The position numbers were made by a program, and so were the translations under genes. The notes beneath the pieces are model-generated. The model was not told where the DNA came from and did not search any database. It worked only from the letters and a program-made list of their open reading frames with translations. A stretch of 64,000 nucleotides of DNA from Eledone cirrhosa (Eukaryota). Location: assembly GCA_964016885.1 (NCBI GenBank), contig OZ024741.1, positions 229,834,001 through 229,898,000 of the forward strand, in the 5' to 3' direction. Each line of letters starts with the position of its first letter. The first letter of the stretch is position 1. This document shows, in pieces, positions 13,370-26,751 of this stretch.

Positions 13370-14329
13370 AGTGTAAGATGGTAATAGGGACGTAAACAAA
13401 AGAAAAGTAGCCCTTCATCAGTTGTTTACTGCAGATCATAGATGTTTTAGCATTTAAAACAGGACATCAATTGGTAGCACGCCTGAGGCCTTTTATCCAT
13501 CAAAAGGCCATGAAGGAAAGAAATAATAGTGAAGAGAGAGGAAGAAAGAAACAAAGGAAAAAACGAAGTAAACAAACCGAATAGAAGAGGGAACACAGGA
13601 GAATGGCACATGCAAGTGAGTAACCGAGGAGAAAATAGAATAAGTTAAAACGAACTGATGGATTTAAACCCGGTGGCCATATAACTGCGGAGCAAGGTTT
13701 TTCCGTGCGATCTCAGTAAAGTGAGTGTAAAGAGAGAGAGAAAGACGGAGAAACCAGAAGTGAGAAGGATAGAGAGAGAAGGGAAAGGGAGATAATCCAA
13801 AAGGGGTTTACATCTTGATTTGTTGTCCCACCACGCTTTCATATCTACTCTCTCCTCTCCCCCTCTTTATCCATCTGCTCGTTTCCAGCTTGGTTACACG
13901 CGTCATAAACCCCTTTTGGATTATTTCCCTTTCTCTTCCCTCTCACTTCTGGTTTTTTCTCTCTCTTTACACTCACTTTACCGAGATCGCACGGAAAAAC
14001 CTTGCTCTGCAGTTATATGGCCACCAGGTTTAAATCCATCGGTACATTTTAACTTATTCTATTTTCTCCTCGGTTACTCACTTGCATGTGCCATTGTCCT
14101 GTGTTCCCTCTTCTATTCGGTTTGTTTACTTCGTTTTTTCCTTTTTTCTTTCTTCCTCTCTCTTCACTATCATTTCTTTCCCTCATGGCCTTTTGATGGA
14201 TAAAAGGCCTCGGGCGTGCTGCCAATCGATGTCCTGTTTTAAGCGCTGAAACATTTATGATATGTAGTAAACAGCTGATGAAGGGCTACTTTTCTTCTCT
14301 TGTTTACGTCCCTATTACCATCTTACACT
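13370..14329. repeat. Long inverted repeat (arms ~440/425 bp, ~95-bp spacer), probably a PLE 3' end duplicated in inverted orientation
   Basis: 13370-13810 is the reverse complement of 13906-14329 with scattered mismatches. Flanked by (TA)n. The arm encodes VIWPPGLNPS, like the P.GLN end of PLE ORFs. Confidence 0.85.
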
Positions 14330-14569
14330 ATATATATATAATATATATAACAAAGGAAGTGTGGTAAGGAACCAGATGGACCATAACGCACCAGAGTACT
14401 CAATACTTAGGGTAGTAGATTGGATAATAGGAAAATGTTTAACGTCCAGAAATAGCCATTGAAACTGCTTGAGCTCTGCCGTCAGGGTTAAACATTTTCC
14501 TAATTTATATATATATTTCTCCTAATTTTAAATAATTAATATATTTATGAAAACTAATTCAAAATTCTC

Positions 14570-15110
14570 CTTAGCATATATATATCACAAAAGTAGAAAC
14601 GCAGTTAAAACATTCTATTCCACATATCCCAAACTCGCACACATCACTGCATCTGACTTAGTTAAATTACCTAGCCATAGTTACATAAACAATCCCGAAC
14701 TTCTAGCTGCATTGTATCAATAGGGACTACAACCCTCAAGCAATATAGTTTACAAATGTAAGGTTGACACACCCACTACTACTAAGGCTTGCATAGGGTT
14801 AACAACAGCGTTTATACATTCATTCTCATTCATTTCAAAATCCTTTAAGAAGGAATATGACTTCACTTTCAGCCTTTATCTGCAGTTTCAAAGACAACAA
14901 TATCCAATATACGTTACACTGGGAGATCTTTGCTGAAGCTAGATCCTATCACGGAAATATAAGACCTTGTGGTCTTTAAGCTGCTGAAGCCCTGGACTTC
15001 CTTTACACCAACTAATGTATTTAAACAAAAGATCTGAGGCAATTTCGGCTTGTAAACATAAACTGTATAAAACATTTTCATATCACAACCCAACATTATA
15101 TCTTAACAGA
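14570..15110 (+). mobile_element. Degenerate Penelope-like GIY-YIG remnant
   Basis: Fragments such as SNIVYKCKV...ACIGLT and YPIYVTLGDL; heavily mutated. Confidence 0.35.
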
Positions 15111-15369
15111 TAGTACGGACAGACATTATGCACATGATATATATATATATTTATATATGTGTGTGTGTGTGTGTGTTGGATGTTAAACGATGATGATATG
15201 AATATACGTGTATATGTACATACATGTGCCTATGTATATGTGTGTGTGCGTATAATTTTCATACTCTATATTTTTGCTAACGCAATCATCCACACAGGTC
15301 AGCACATTATGTATGGCATCAATTAGTCCACCTTTAGTCCTTACTCCCAAAATATTTACCTTCCTTATT

Positions 15370-15800
15370 ATTAGCGGATTGGCAGTATCGGTAGGGCTTC
15401 GGACATGCTTTGCAGCATAGAGTTACGGCCCTTTATGATCTGAGTTCAAATCCCACCGAGGTTAACTTTGCCTTTCATCCTTACATGATCAATAAAATAA
15501 AGTACTACTCACACACTGGGGTCAATTTAATCGACTTTCCCCTCCCCCCAAATAGTTGGCCTTGTGCCAATCTAAGAAACCATTTTTATTATAATTACAA
15601 TTATTATTATTTTTATTACCATTATTTTTATCATAATTATTATGGTGGATTGACGTCAGACATGCTTTGCAGCATGTAATTACAGCTTGAGTCATGCCAG
15701 GGTTGGCTTTGCCGTTCACCCATACAGGGTTGATGAAATAGAGTGCTAGTAATGCACTGGGATTGATATGGTTGACTTTCTTCTTCCCTCAAAGGGAGAC
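15370..15800 (+). mobile_element. tRNA-derived SINE pair with Meta-like central domain
   Basis: GAGTTCAAATCCC..GAGGTTAACTTTGCCTTTCATCCTT..GATAAAATAAAGTAC motif. The same family occurs at ~10160-10230, 19650-19740, 22420-22520(-), 24265-26593, 40715-40925, 45060-45200(-) and 60310-60750. Confidence 0.8.
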
Positions 15801-16296
15801 CATTATTATTAGTTTACATTTTTTTTTTTTTTTTTACTTATCTTTGTTTCATCATATTACTACTACTACCAATATCATTTTCCATATATGAAAGCTGGAA
15901 AATATTCAGCTATTCTAAAAAGAAATTTGTTCTTCCCAGTTTACCTAATAATGTAATTTTCCTTGCATGCATTTTGCTCATTTTTAGAGAACGTCTTCAT
16001 GTGTTACCATTATGTCTTTCTATTTTCTAAAGGTCGTAATGTTTTTCAAATATTTACTTCTGCGTTCACAGATGTATATTTCTCACTTTCAAATGACCCT
16101 GCTTTAGAGTGAAAGCAGAACTAATTAGCTAAAACTTTTAATCTGTGCTAACAATAAATATTTGCTCTATGGGTTTATATATACTTATATATATATACAA
16201 CCCTTATCGAGTCCTCTCTGGATTTTGGTCTTTGTATTTGTTATTATTACTACTATATATATATATATATATATATACGTATATATATATCATCAG

Positions 16297-16330
<34 letters not shown>

Positions 16331-18289
16331 GTTTAACGTCCATCTTCCACGCTTGCATGGATATATATATATAGCCTATGTATTATTTTGTATTTCAAAA
16401 CAAGTAGTTGTCGCCCTTCCATCTAATGACCTACCTGCTACCACAGATATGTTAACATCTCCATGACCATATTTTAATTAATGAAACTTTTAGAGTGATT
16501 TATTAAATTTATTAATTATTAAGATAGTATTTCTATCAAAAGGTTCATATATCAAATTATGTTGGAAGTTTTAATTTAAACAGGAACCCTTTAAAATGAG
16601 TGGTTTTGTTTCTTAGAAACCAGGTGCAGTTTTGGGCACATTGGTATCAAGAATTAACTGTTCCCATTCTTATCAGTTACATCCCTCCACACACCATTAA
16701 CTATGTCCTCCTTCAACCACCATACAATATGTATCAGTCAAATAACTAAAACCCCTGAAGACGAGTAAAATAACGAAAAAAATACATATGTACACACATC
16801 GATACAAAATAATCTAAATGTTCGCACAACATATATACGAGACATACAGCGTAATTATTTGAAATTATACTCAAGTTACCTCCCTTGATATTAACTTTAT
16901 ATCTGAGTGTGTATGTAAGTATATATATATCTGATGATGCCTGTAGTTTATGTTAACTAATAGCAAATTGTTGAATAAAATATCTTGCTGTCGGTGGTAT
17001 ACTCCTATGGGAAGAAACAATTGTCAGATTAAATATCTTGAACTTTTAATTTTGGTTTATAAGCACATTGTAATTATATGCTGGCTCTGCTTGATCCTAT
17101 CATAACATTGAGCTAAAATACAACTAGTAAATGTTGTTTGACGCTATATCAATACTGCCAATGTACCACGTTAGAAAATAGTCTAATAATAACAAGGCTT
17201 ATATTATAAGCCCCCAGAAGAGAAAAAATTTAGCATCAGCATGTATGGGAATTTGTTCTGATGGTTTATAAGCCATGATAATATTAGACTATTTTCTGTA
17301 GTCAAAAATACAGCGAAAGCTAATTCAATTTAAAACATGGCATCATTTATATATATGTATACTTATAAATATATATATATGTATGTATATAAACAGTAGA
17401 AAACCAGCCAGAAATTCTTCTACATGAGCATGACACAGTCACCCAACTCAACCTGCCTCTAAATGGGACAAAACCCGTCTAACCCATGTTAGCGTGGAAG
17501 ATAGATGTTAATTGATGATGATGATGATGATGATGATGATATATTATCACTATTAAATTATAGCTTCTAAATTTAATGAAACAAATGTACAGGCAGGTTG
17601 GTGTAATCAGCTACCATACTTATGAAAATAACAAGTATGGATTTGATTCCCATGCATGCTGATGTTGCTTACTTTTTAACATTCTGGGGGCTTATATACC
17701 CTGTTATCATTAAACTATTTTCTGTAGACAAAATACAGTGAAATCTAATTCAATTCATATATATACACATACTTAACTAATTATATGTTTGTGTGTGTGC
17801 ATATATATATTCTTTAATTCTTTTTCAAGTTTCAGTCATTAGACAGCAGTTATATTAGGGCACTGCCTTGATTTAATCAATATCATCCCTAGTAGGCAGT
17901 GAAATGACAGAGTTATTAGTGATGTATGTGTATAATTGCTGTGTTTGTGGTATCTGTGTATATTTGTTTTGTGTGTAGTGTATGTAGATATGTGCATGGT
18001 GTATATTATATTTGTTGTGTGTGATATATGTGTATATTTGTATATGTGTGTGGTGTATCTGATTCCACTTATGCTCAGCTTTTATCACAACACATTGATT
18101 GCCCAAGGTGCCACAGAGTGGAATTAGACCCAAAATCATGTAATTGCAAAACGAACCTCTTTACCACACTGCCATCATCTTTTAATGTCCTCTCTTCCAC
18201 ACTGGTATGGGTTAAACAGATACATACTTAATTGGAGCTGAGCTACTGTCATCCAAGATAGACTAGGGTGACACCTATCACCTACATAC

Positions 18290-18830
18290 ATTCCAATTTT
18301 GGCATAGTTTCTACAGCTCTGATACCGTTCCTAATACTAACCATGGTATAGAGTGTACTGATTGAATTTTATCATAACACCAATACTAGGGAAAATGCTA
18401 TTCCTAGTACCAACCACTTTACAGAGTGTACTGGGTACATTTTATCATGGCACCAGCAATAGGATGCTCTTCTTAATACCAACCACTTTTCAGAGTGTAC
18501 TAGATATATTATATCATGGCACCAACACTAAGGAGGTCGTCATGTACTTGACACAAAATAAGTGTCCTATCGTGGTTTCTAAGGCTAGATATCCTTCCTA
18601 AAACCACTTTATAGAATGTACTAAGTATGTTTTATTATGACACCCGCACTAGAGAGGTTGTCATGTCAGTGGTGTGACTGAAGAGTCCTCTTAACCCTTT
18701 TTGGTATGGTTTCTACAGCTGGATGTCTTTACAGAATGTCCTGGGTACATGTTATCATGGCACCAGTACTAGGGAGGTTGTCAGATCAATGACTTAACTG
18801 AAGGGCCCTCTTTACCCAATGTTGCTGTTA
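18290..18830 (-). repeat. Old degenerate array of RTE 3'-UTR subrepeats
   Basis: Repeated ccaaccactttacagagtgtactggg..ttatcatggcacc units; a similar array lies at 28150-28545. Confidence 0.6.
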
Positions 18831-19829
18831 CTGGTCAAGTATCAATTGCTTTAGCATTAAATGGCTGTCATGACACTACCTTGATGTATTTGTTATATAT
18901 ATTGTTATATAACTGTTTAAGAAGTTGGCTTCAAGCAATGTGATTCGAGGGCTAGCTCCCACTGAACAGCACCTTGGACAAATATATTTTACTGTAACTT
19001 CAGGTTGACCAATGCTTTGTGAATGCAATTTGATAGGCAGAAACTATGTGAAAGTCTAACTTCTTAACCTCACGGCCATGTCACACCTTGAAACCAGGTG
19101 ATCACATGTCTCACATGAGCTAAACAAAAATAAAGGCATGAATATATTATATCTTGCTGGTAATTGTGTTCCATATTTGTTTTATTGAATATTGAACTAC
19201 CTAGGAAGATGGGACCATCGATTAAGCCCTTAGTGACTTTAAAATAAAACAAATAACAGCTGTGAGAAGGCTGGTAAAGCAGAAGTTATAATATTGGTGT
19301 TATGAAAGATCATTTAGTTGTGTAAGATAATCTACGTAGTGCTACAGCGATAGCTGAGCCGTTATTTCTGTGAGTCATCCTATGTATTTCTGGTGATTTG
19401 AAGGAGCCCTTTGTTATATAGAAACACCTCTGTAGTGTTGGTGCTAGGAAAGAGCTCTTCATTATATATGACAAACTCTAGTGCTGAGGCTACAAGAGAA
19501 CCCTTAATCGATATAAGAAAAACATTCTACATGTACAAGAGGAATAGCTGTGATAAAATAGGAGGAAAATAAAATTAGATAATAGAAATACTTAATGTAT
19601 TTAAAGTTTGTGGTTTAATGGATATGTCTATATTACATTATATATATAGTTAACTTTGCTTTTCATCCTTATGGGGTTGATAAAATAAAGTACCACTCAT
19701 GCACTGGGATAATTACTGGCCTTGTGCCAAATGTAGAAACAATTATATATATATATATATATATATATTCTATACATGTCTCAGGTTGAGGAATTGTGTG
19801 TGTATACATATATGTATATACCTATACAC

Positions 19830-19884
<55 letters not shown>

Positions 19885-20009
19885 TACACATGTGCAATGA
19901 AAGCAACAGAAAAAAGATAAATACAAATCAGAAAGCAAGGAGATAAAAAAAAATGAAGAAATAAGGTCACTAATAAAGTTAAATTGCCTACAATTGGACG
20001 GACAGAGGG

Positions 20010-20206
20010 TCATTTCAGGCCAGTTTCTGTGACAAGGGCTTCGAGTAAAAGCTGCGTCTCTCCACTGACATATGGCTCATGTAGCCAGCCTGCTGTGCAG
20101 AACATTAGCAGATTACGGTCAGGAACATGTGCAATGGCCTCAACCAAACGTTGTTTCAGTTCAAATTCTCTTTGGTAAGCTTCAACAATTTTTGTGGAAG
20201 TCACTT
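20010..20206 (-). CDS. CINP: CDK2-interacting protein, coding exon 5 (terminal)
   Basis: Acceptor tatttgcag; (E)VTSTKIVEAYQREFELKQRLVEAIAH...WLHEPYVSGETQLLLEALVTETGLK* resembles the CINP C-terminus (Y.KEL.LK..V...AH; WLHQPYV; ETG). Joined CDS 26751-26658, 23582-23420, 23155-23050, 22054-21922, 20206-20010 = 693 nt, in frame. Confidence 0.9.
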
Positions 20207-20529
20207 CTGCAAATAGAGATTGGTTAGCTACCAGATTTGTAGACAAACTACAATAAGACACAAAATTCTACAAATATTTCTCTCCTCTTCTTATCATCTA
20301 TTTATTCATACTTGCCTTCTATTTCACTTTGAAAATTCATTGGAACCACATATCTAAGTAGTTGGATGCGAATTAATTTTGGTTAAAATAATGAAATAAT
20401 CAAAAATTAGTGGTCCAAGACATATATAATACATATGATGAAACGCGTGTTAGTTTTACGCAATAAAAGCTATTCCCACTCATCTGTTTAGTCATGTTTT
20501 TAATAACATTTTTTAATTTTCTACATATA

Positions 20530-21531
20530 CAGGGTACGGACAATATTTGTTCGCAATTTTCAACTGCTAATTTTATGCAAATTTTTTTTACTTCCGTTGT
20601 CACTCTTGTCTTCATAAAAACAGTGACTATATTTCCATTATTTATTTTCAGAATAATTGATTATGAATAATTTTGAACCTCCAAATTTGTGGAAGAGACA
20701 CGGAGTTCTTCTTGGAATCCGCACCAGGAGGACAAATAAGGAAATTTCAGACTTTCTCAGCGTCAGCAGGAGAATGGTGGCAAAGGTCAGAAAGGAATTG
20801 GAAGATTCAGGATTCGACTACGAAGCAACATCAGAGAGGAAAACACATGATCAACGATCTGATGCCTTCAGAACGCCTGAGTTCGTCGCTGAAGTTCAGG
20901 ATATCATCAACAATGAACCTAGCAAGTCGATGCGTGCCATTGCAAGGGAGAAAGGCGTGGATGAAAAGCTCATTAGGCTGGTGGTACATGAAGACATTCG
21001 CTACGTTTCATACAAGATGAGGAAAGGACAATTTCTGTCAAAGGCGATGCAAGAAAAGCGACTGAAGCACGCAAAGAAGCTGATCAACAAGTTAAAACAC
21101 CCACTGGAGCCAGACATGCTGTGGTTTTTCTCCGACGAGAAAAACTTCTGCCAAGACCAGAAGATCAACTCCCAGAACAACAGGTGGCTCACTGTCTCAT
21201 CCAAAGACGTGCCCAGAGTCATGCAGACAAAGTTTCCAGCGACAACATCGGTCTTAGGTGTCGTCAGCAGTCAAGGTGATGTCATGCCACCTCGCTTCTT
21301 CCCTGAGGGCCTCAAGCTGAACACCGATGGCTACATCTGAGCGAAGTAGTAAAGCCCTGGAATCGACCAGGTAGCTGCAGGTAGGCTGTACGTGTGGCAG
21401 CAAGACTCAGCGAAAGAACAAGTCATGAAGACAAACTGACCCAAGTTTGATAAATAAATCTTAAAAAATAAAACTACTGTGTTATTTTTTCCTAGACAGT
21501 AATCTTGCGAACAAATATCGTTCGCACCCTG
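20530..21531 (+). mobile_element. Tc1/mariner transposon of maT/DD37D type, with C-terminal deletion, in CINP intron 4
   Basis: 27-bp TIRs (CAGGGTACGGACAATATTTGTTCGCAA and TTGCGAACAAATATCGTTCGCACCCTG, 3 mismatches), TA on both sides. Transposase ORF 20657-21340 has WFFSDEKNF..NSQNNRW, then a frameshift to YVWQQDSA; the third catalytic D region is missing. Confidence 0.92.
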
Positions 21532-21921
21532 TATATAGACACACACACACACCAAACATACATGTATATTTACAACAGTATAACATCTAACTGGGATGAA
21601 GGACAGAAAATTGGAGAAGGTGGTTCTAGGAACACATATGACTGGCTACTTTAACATCTTACTAAGAGGAAAGGATAGGAAAGATGACAACCATCAGATT
21701 GGACCAATGAATAATGTTTCCATTAGTATTTTCATTGCTGATACTACCTGCCAGTCACAACTCCTGGTAGAAGGAGCAACATGAAATGAAGTATTTTTCA
21801 CAAGAACGCAGCAATGATGATGATAGTTGATATAGCTGATCAATACCAAGATTTGGCAGTGACGAAAAAAAACTTTCTAAGTCTAGATATCACAACTCAA
21901 GTGCAAGAGAGTTTTACTCAC

Positions 21922-22054
21922 CAAAATCCTTGTAAGTCCAAGACTGGAATGGCACAGTTTCAGTAGCATCACCAGTTTGGTGCCGATGTTCCTCCAGATT
22001 AAATAAACCTCGATACACATCACACTTGGCTTCCAGTTTATGGATGACCTTTTC
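21922..22054 (-). CDS. CINP: CDK2-interacting protein, coding exon 4
   Basis: AG acceptor at 22055-22056, donor G|GTGAGT; EKVIHKLEAKCDVYRGLFNLEEHRHQTGDATETVPFQSWTYKDF (cf. CINP ..GI.ELE....PLF.TW...F). Confidence 0.88.
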
Positions 22055-22114
22055 CTGTTATGTACGAATATTACATTCAGCAATTTACATAATAATAATA
22101 ATTATTATTAAGAT

Positions 22115-22342
22115 TTCAAAGTTTGAAATGTGGGTTTGGATGGAAAATAATTAAATTGTAAGAAACGGGTTGTTTTTTTACCTTAATTTATTCATGTCCT
22201 GATATTTTGAGATTAATATCTCTTCTTCCAAGGAAAATAAAGGAACTATTCCAGTGTCTGATGTGGCTTAAATTAAACTAAGGTAAAAAAACAACCCGTT
22301 TCTTATGATTTAATTATTGTCGTGGCTTTCAAACTTCAAATT
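22115..22342. mobile_element. MITE-like element with ~70-bp imperfect terminal inverted repeats
   Basis: aattaaattgtaagaaacgggttgttttttacctta at ~22150-22185 is mirrored by taaggtaaaaaaacaacccgtttcttatgatttaatt at ~22279-22315. Confidence 0.65.
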
Positions 22343-23049
22343 CTTTACACCATATACAATGTTTCAAGTAAACTACAAATTCTTTCTAATAATTATCATT
22401 ATTTCTTTATTGGTCATAATAATGTTTCTAACATAGGCACCAGGCCACAAATCAAATTGACTCCGATGTGACTGGTACTGCATTTTATCAACCTTGGAAG
22501 GATGAAAGGCAAAGTTGACCTGCTTTAGTCTTTCCTCATCTGGCATACAAGGCAACAAGAAATACAGTCTTTGTTATTATGCTGTATGCCCTTCCTAACA
22601 TCAACCACTACACAATATAAACTGGGTGTATTTTATCATACCACTAACATTAGTAGCAAGGGTTGTCTGCTGGAACTAAAGAGTCCCCTCTATCTTGTAC
22701 TTCTCTACACATACAAACTTATTTACAAATATAGAAATGCACAGGCATACAACACACACAAACAGATACACATACATACACATACTCCAGTAAGGGAACC
22801 TTGTGTGGTTGCTTGACTCACTAGAAATATTGCTAAAAAAAATCTAAAAGCAGCATCAATCATCCTCTTTTCTCTCTTTGAATTAAGTTTTCTGTCTTGT
22901 CCCTTTCCTTTCTCAGTAACCACTTGAGAAAGTACACTCTAACAAACACATACACATATAGACACACACACCAACACAAATAATACAGGCTAACAATTCA
23001 TATACACATATAAAGTGATGTTCTCTGAGGTCTGAGGATTACTACTCAC

Positions 23050-23155
23050 CATGGCTTCAACTGTTTTGAGAAGTTTCTCACAGAGAGGTTCCATTTCAAG
23101 AGGCATTGCTGTAGATGGTGAAACATCACTGGACACTGGAGTATTGGGTTCAAAT
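23050..23155 (-). CDS. CINP: CDK2-interacting protein, coding exon 3
   Basis: Acceptor cctacctag, donor ATG|GTGAGT; FEPNTPVSSDVSPSTAMPLEMEPLCEKLLKTVEAM (cf. ELE.LC.EL..T). Confidence 0.85.
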
Positions 23156-23419
23156 CTAGGTAGGAACATTTGGAAAAATAGAAACATACACTTTACTGAT
23201 TTTGTCTTCTTTATCAAGCTTTATTGGCTTCTTACCTCTTCCTTCTACTTCTTAACATCCTCACTGCCATCATCACTATCATCACTAGATGTGTCGTCAT
23301 CATAGTTATCCCCCTTGTTTATCATCACAATCACTAGCAACAACAACAACAACAACAACAAGAAAAAAAAAAGAAAAAGGAGGAGGAGGAGGAGGAGGAA
23401 TGGTAAATGTAGTAGTTAC

Positions 23420-23582
23420 AAGGCCTGCAGTTTACAGTTGGCAATCTTGCTCATGATGGCTGCTCCACTGAGGTTCAGGTTGTTCCACTTGAGTATAGCA
23501 TTGTAGATATCAGCAGCACTGTCTTTAGTCACTCTTTCACTACCTGTGAGGTTTCCCTGGCTGGGTTTCACTGCCACAGGAC
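23420..23582 (-). CDS. CINP: CDK2-interacting protein, coding exon 2
   Basis: PVAVKPSQGNLTGSERVTKDSAADIYNAILKWNNLNLSGAAIMSKIANCKLQAL matches the conserved CINP motif (R.IKDNAADWHNLILKW..LN..G.....IAN.K); AG/GT boundaries, phases 1 and 2. Confidence 0.9.
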
Positions 23583-23656
23583 CTGATAATCAACACAAAC
23601 ACACTCTGTAAAATACACTGGCAAAAATGTTATAATTATTATCATTTTTATGATTG

Positions 23657-24262
23657 TCAAACGACTTGCTTCCCTGGGCATGGATTCATTGAAGCTCCGA
23701 CGTCTGGCAATGGACTTGGTGAATACCCACAAAGTTTTTAACCATCTCGCCAACTGCAACCCTGAGCGCCTCTTTGATCTCCATGTGTCTAACACACGTG
23801 GACATGCCTACAAGATAAGAAAACAGCACAGCTCCCATGACTTTCGCAGACATTTTTTCACGCTCAGAGTTGCTGAAGCATGGAACAAACTGCCTGCGTC
23901 AATTGTTAGCTGCCGAGACACTGCATCCTTTAAGACACTCATGCTTCTCGAAATACGCCAAAACTACACCTGATGTGCCCCTTCCATACACATGCACACG
24001 TGTGTATCATGACTCGTGCACTGTTCATTTTACTGATGTTTGTGCATTGCCCTATGTACTGTACATGCACTTTTTTGATGGGTTGTGGTGCACCTGGGCA
24101 CTGTGCACAATATTTCATTATTGTTATTGTTATTATATCATGACTCATACACTGTTTATTTTCCTGACATTTGTACATTATTCTATGTACTATACATGCA
24201 CCTTTGATGAGTTGTAGTGCACCTGAGCACTGTACACAATAATTTCATTATTATTATTATTA
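23657..24262 (+). mobile_element. CR1/L2-group LINE 3' fragment with tandemly duplicated 3' tail
   Basis: RRLAMDL..HKV...NTRGHAYKI....FFTLRVAEAWNKLP motif; the tail block occurs twice (~24005-24130 and ~24137-24262); (ATT)n end. Confidence 0.85.
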
Positions 24263-24264
24263 TT

Positions 24265-25842
24265 AAATGCTTTGCAGTAAATCGTTCAAATCCTGCCGAG
24301 GTTAGCTTTGCCTTTCATCCTTACAGGGTCGATAAATAAAGCACCAGTAACACACTGGGATTGATTTAATCGACTTTCCCTTCCCACCAAATTGCTGGTT
24401 TGGTCCCTATAGTAGAAATCATTATCATGATTGTCGAACGAAATGTTTTGCAGTAAATCATTACGACCCTCTACGTTATGAGTTCAAATCCCGCCAATGT
24501 CAGCTTTGCCTTTCATCCTTCCGGGGTCGATAAAATAAAGTACCAGTAAAGAATTGATGGCGATTTAATTGACTTTCCCCTTCCCAGAAAATTATTGGCC
24601 TATTGTTGTTGGATATTATTATGAAAATAGCATTTATATAACTCATTGAACAATAATGGTAAAGGAAAACAGTGGAGGGGTAATTCACCATCAAGTGCGA
24701 CAATCAACCGCAATTCACATCCCAGGGATCAACAAAACACTTTGAGGCAAGCCAACACACTCGCAGCATTCCCACAGGTGATGGCAAGGCTGAAATAACC
24801 AGGCACCTTCACGGGCATCACCTGACATCTCAGTAAGGTAAGCCGCCAGTAATGACAAGAACTTCGGCTGTCCGTGGCCCAACTCCACCAAACGTCTCGA
24901 ACGCCACAGACTGGAGAAGATAATTATTAGATAAATCCAGGTATTTCGGAATTTTATTTTGTTCGGCAACGGGAGCAGTGACTCCCACATTTACTTCACT
25001 TGTTAAGTACAAGTAAGAGGATATTAGATTAGCAGTATCGGTAGAGAATCAGACAAAATACATTGTGGTATTTAGTCGATAAAATAAAGTACCAGTTAAA
25101 TACTGGCTCGATGCCATCGACTTTCCCCTTCTCCAAAATCGCTGGCCTTGTGCCAATGTTAGAAAGAATTAACTATCAAGTATATCTTCGTACTTGTTTC
25201 TAACATACGTACAAAGCTACAAAATTACTAAGGGACGGTTAGTCGATATAAATCCACCCCAATGCGTGACTGATACTTTATATTAATGACTTGGGAAAGA
25301 TAAAATAAAAAGTTACCTCAGCGAGATTTGAACTCTGAATGTAAAGAAACTAAACAAATACTGCAAGTCATTTTGTCGGACGCTCTAACGTTTCTGCCAA
25401 TTTACTGCCTTCAATTAGTATATAATTGTTTCTTATATAGGCACAAGGCCAGCAATTTTGGAAGAGGGGAAAGTCGATTAAATCGACACCAGTGCATTAC
25501 AGGTACTTTATTTTATCGACCCCGTAAGGATGAAAGGCAAAGTTAACCTCGGCGGGATTTGAACTCAGACCGTAACCCTATGCTGGAAACATGGTGTCCG
25601 ACTCTACCGATACTACCAATCCACCGCCCTAACAACATCATTAATAATAATATATGGCAAATTAGCAAACTAAGGTACGAAAATAGATCGCGTTTGTATA
25701 TGTTACTTGTGTATAGACAAATAAACAGAATACATTAATACAGAGGTGCATATATAAATTCCTTTCTAGCTGTGATGAAATGCATATTTATATATAGATG
25801 TATAAACACTATATATATTTATGTGTGTGTAGAGAGAGACAG

Positions 25843-25900
<58 letters not shown>

Positions 25901-26239
25901 CTACATGATGTGATACAGAGCAGGTATATTGATGATATAGATTCGACTGCGATTTCAGCTGATCTCGCAAGCTTCTTCAAAGGCTCACGGTCGAACCTTT
26001 ACCTCTTCAATAATATATTATATATATAATTGTTTCTACTTTAGGCACAAGGCCAGCAGTTACCCAGTGCATTACTGGTACTTTATTTTATCGACCCTGT
26101 AAGGATGAAAGGCAAAGTCAACCTCGGCGGGATTATAATATATATATATAATATATATATAGATATATATAATATATATATAGATATATAGATAGATAGA
26201 TAGATAGATATATATAGATAGATATATAGATAGATATAT

Positions 26240-26320
<81 letters not shown>

Positions 26321-26593
26321 TTTGTTCAATGAAAAAAAGTTAGTTGATTTAGAATCAGCTGACTTAAATATAACAGATTACAAGCTCTCAACAGTGTGTT
26401 TAACCGGAGATTTATCATAATAATAATATACGAAAGACAAAATTGGGATGGTCTAAAGTAACTGTCTTTCGTTTATTATTATTATAGCAAATCCCGCCGA
26501 GGTTAACTTTGCCTTTCATCCTTACGGAGTCGATAAAATAATGTACCAATAATGCACTGGGTAATTGCTGGCCTTGTGCCAAAAGTAGAAACA
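24265..26593. mobile_element. Cluster of Meta-like tRNA SINEs in both orientations in CINP intron 1
   Basis: Plus copies at ~24265-24425, 24435-24610, 25005-25170 and 26488-26593; minus copies at ~25200-25400, 25430-25630 and 26030-26133. Confidence 0.8.
24720..24990 (-). mobile_element. CRE-clade (restriction-like endonuclease) non-LTR 3' fragment
   Basis: KYLDLSNNYLLQSVAFETFGGVGPRTAEVL...EMSGDAREGAWLFQ resembles the C-terminal motif of CRE-type elements; frameshifted. Confidence 0.6.
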
Positions 26594-26624
<31 letters not shown>

Positions 26625-26657
26625 GAGTAGATAGACAGATAGATATAAGTTTCTTAC

Positions 26658-26751
26658 TGGCTACAGGTGAATATAAGTTCTGGAAAGAAGTTTGATCGAA
26701 AGAAATATTCCGGCTAGGCTCTTCGTTATCTTTCTTCTTCTTTTTGGGCAT
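26658..26751 (-). CDS. CINP: CDK2-interacting protein, probable coding exon 1
   Basis: ATG 26751: MPKKKKKDNEEPSRNISFDQTSFQNLYSPVA; donor A|GTAAGA in phase 1, which matches the phase-1 acceptor of exon 2. Basic NLS-like N-terminus. Confidence 0.7.
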
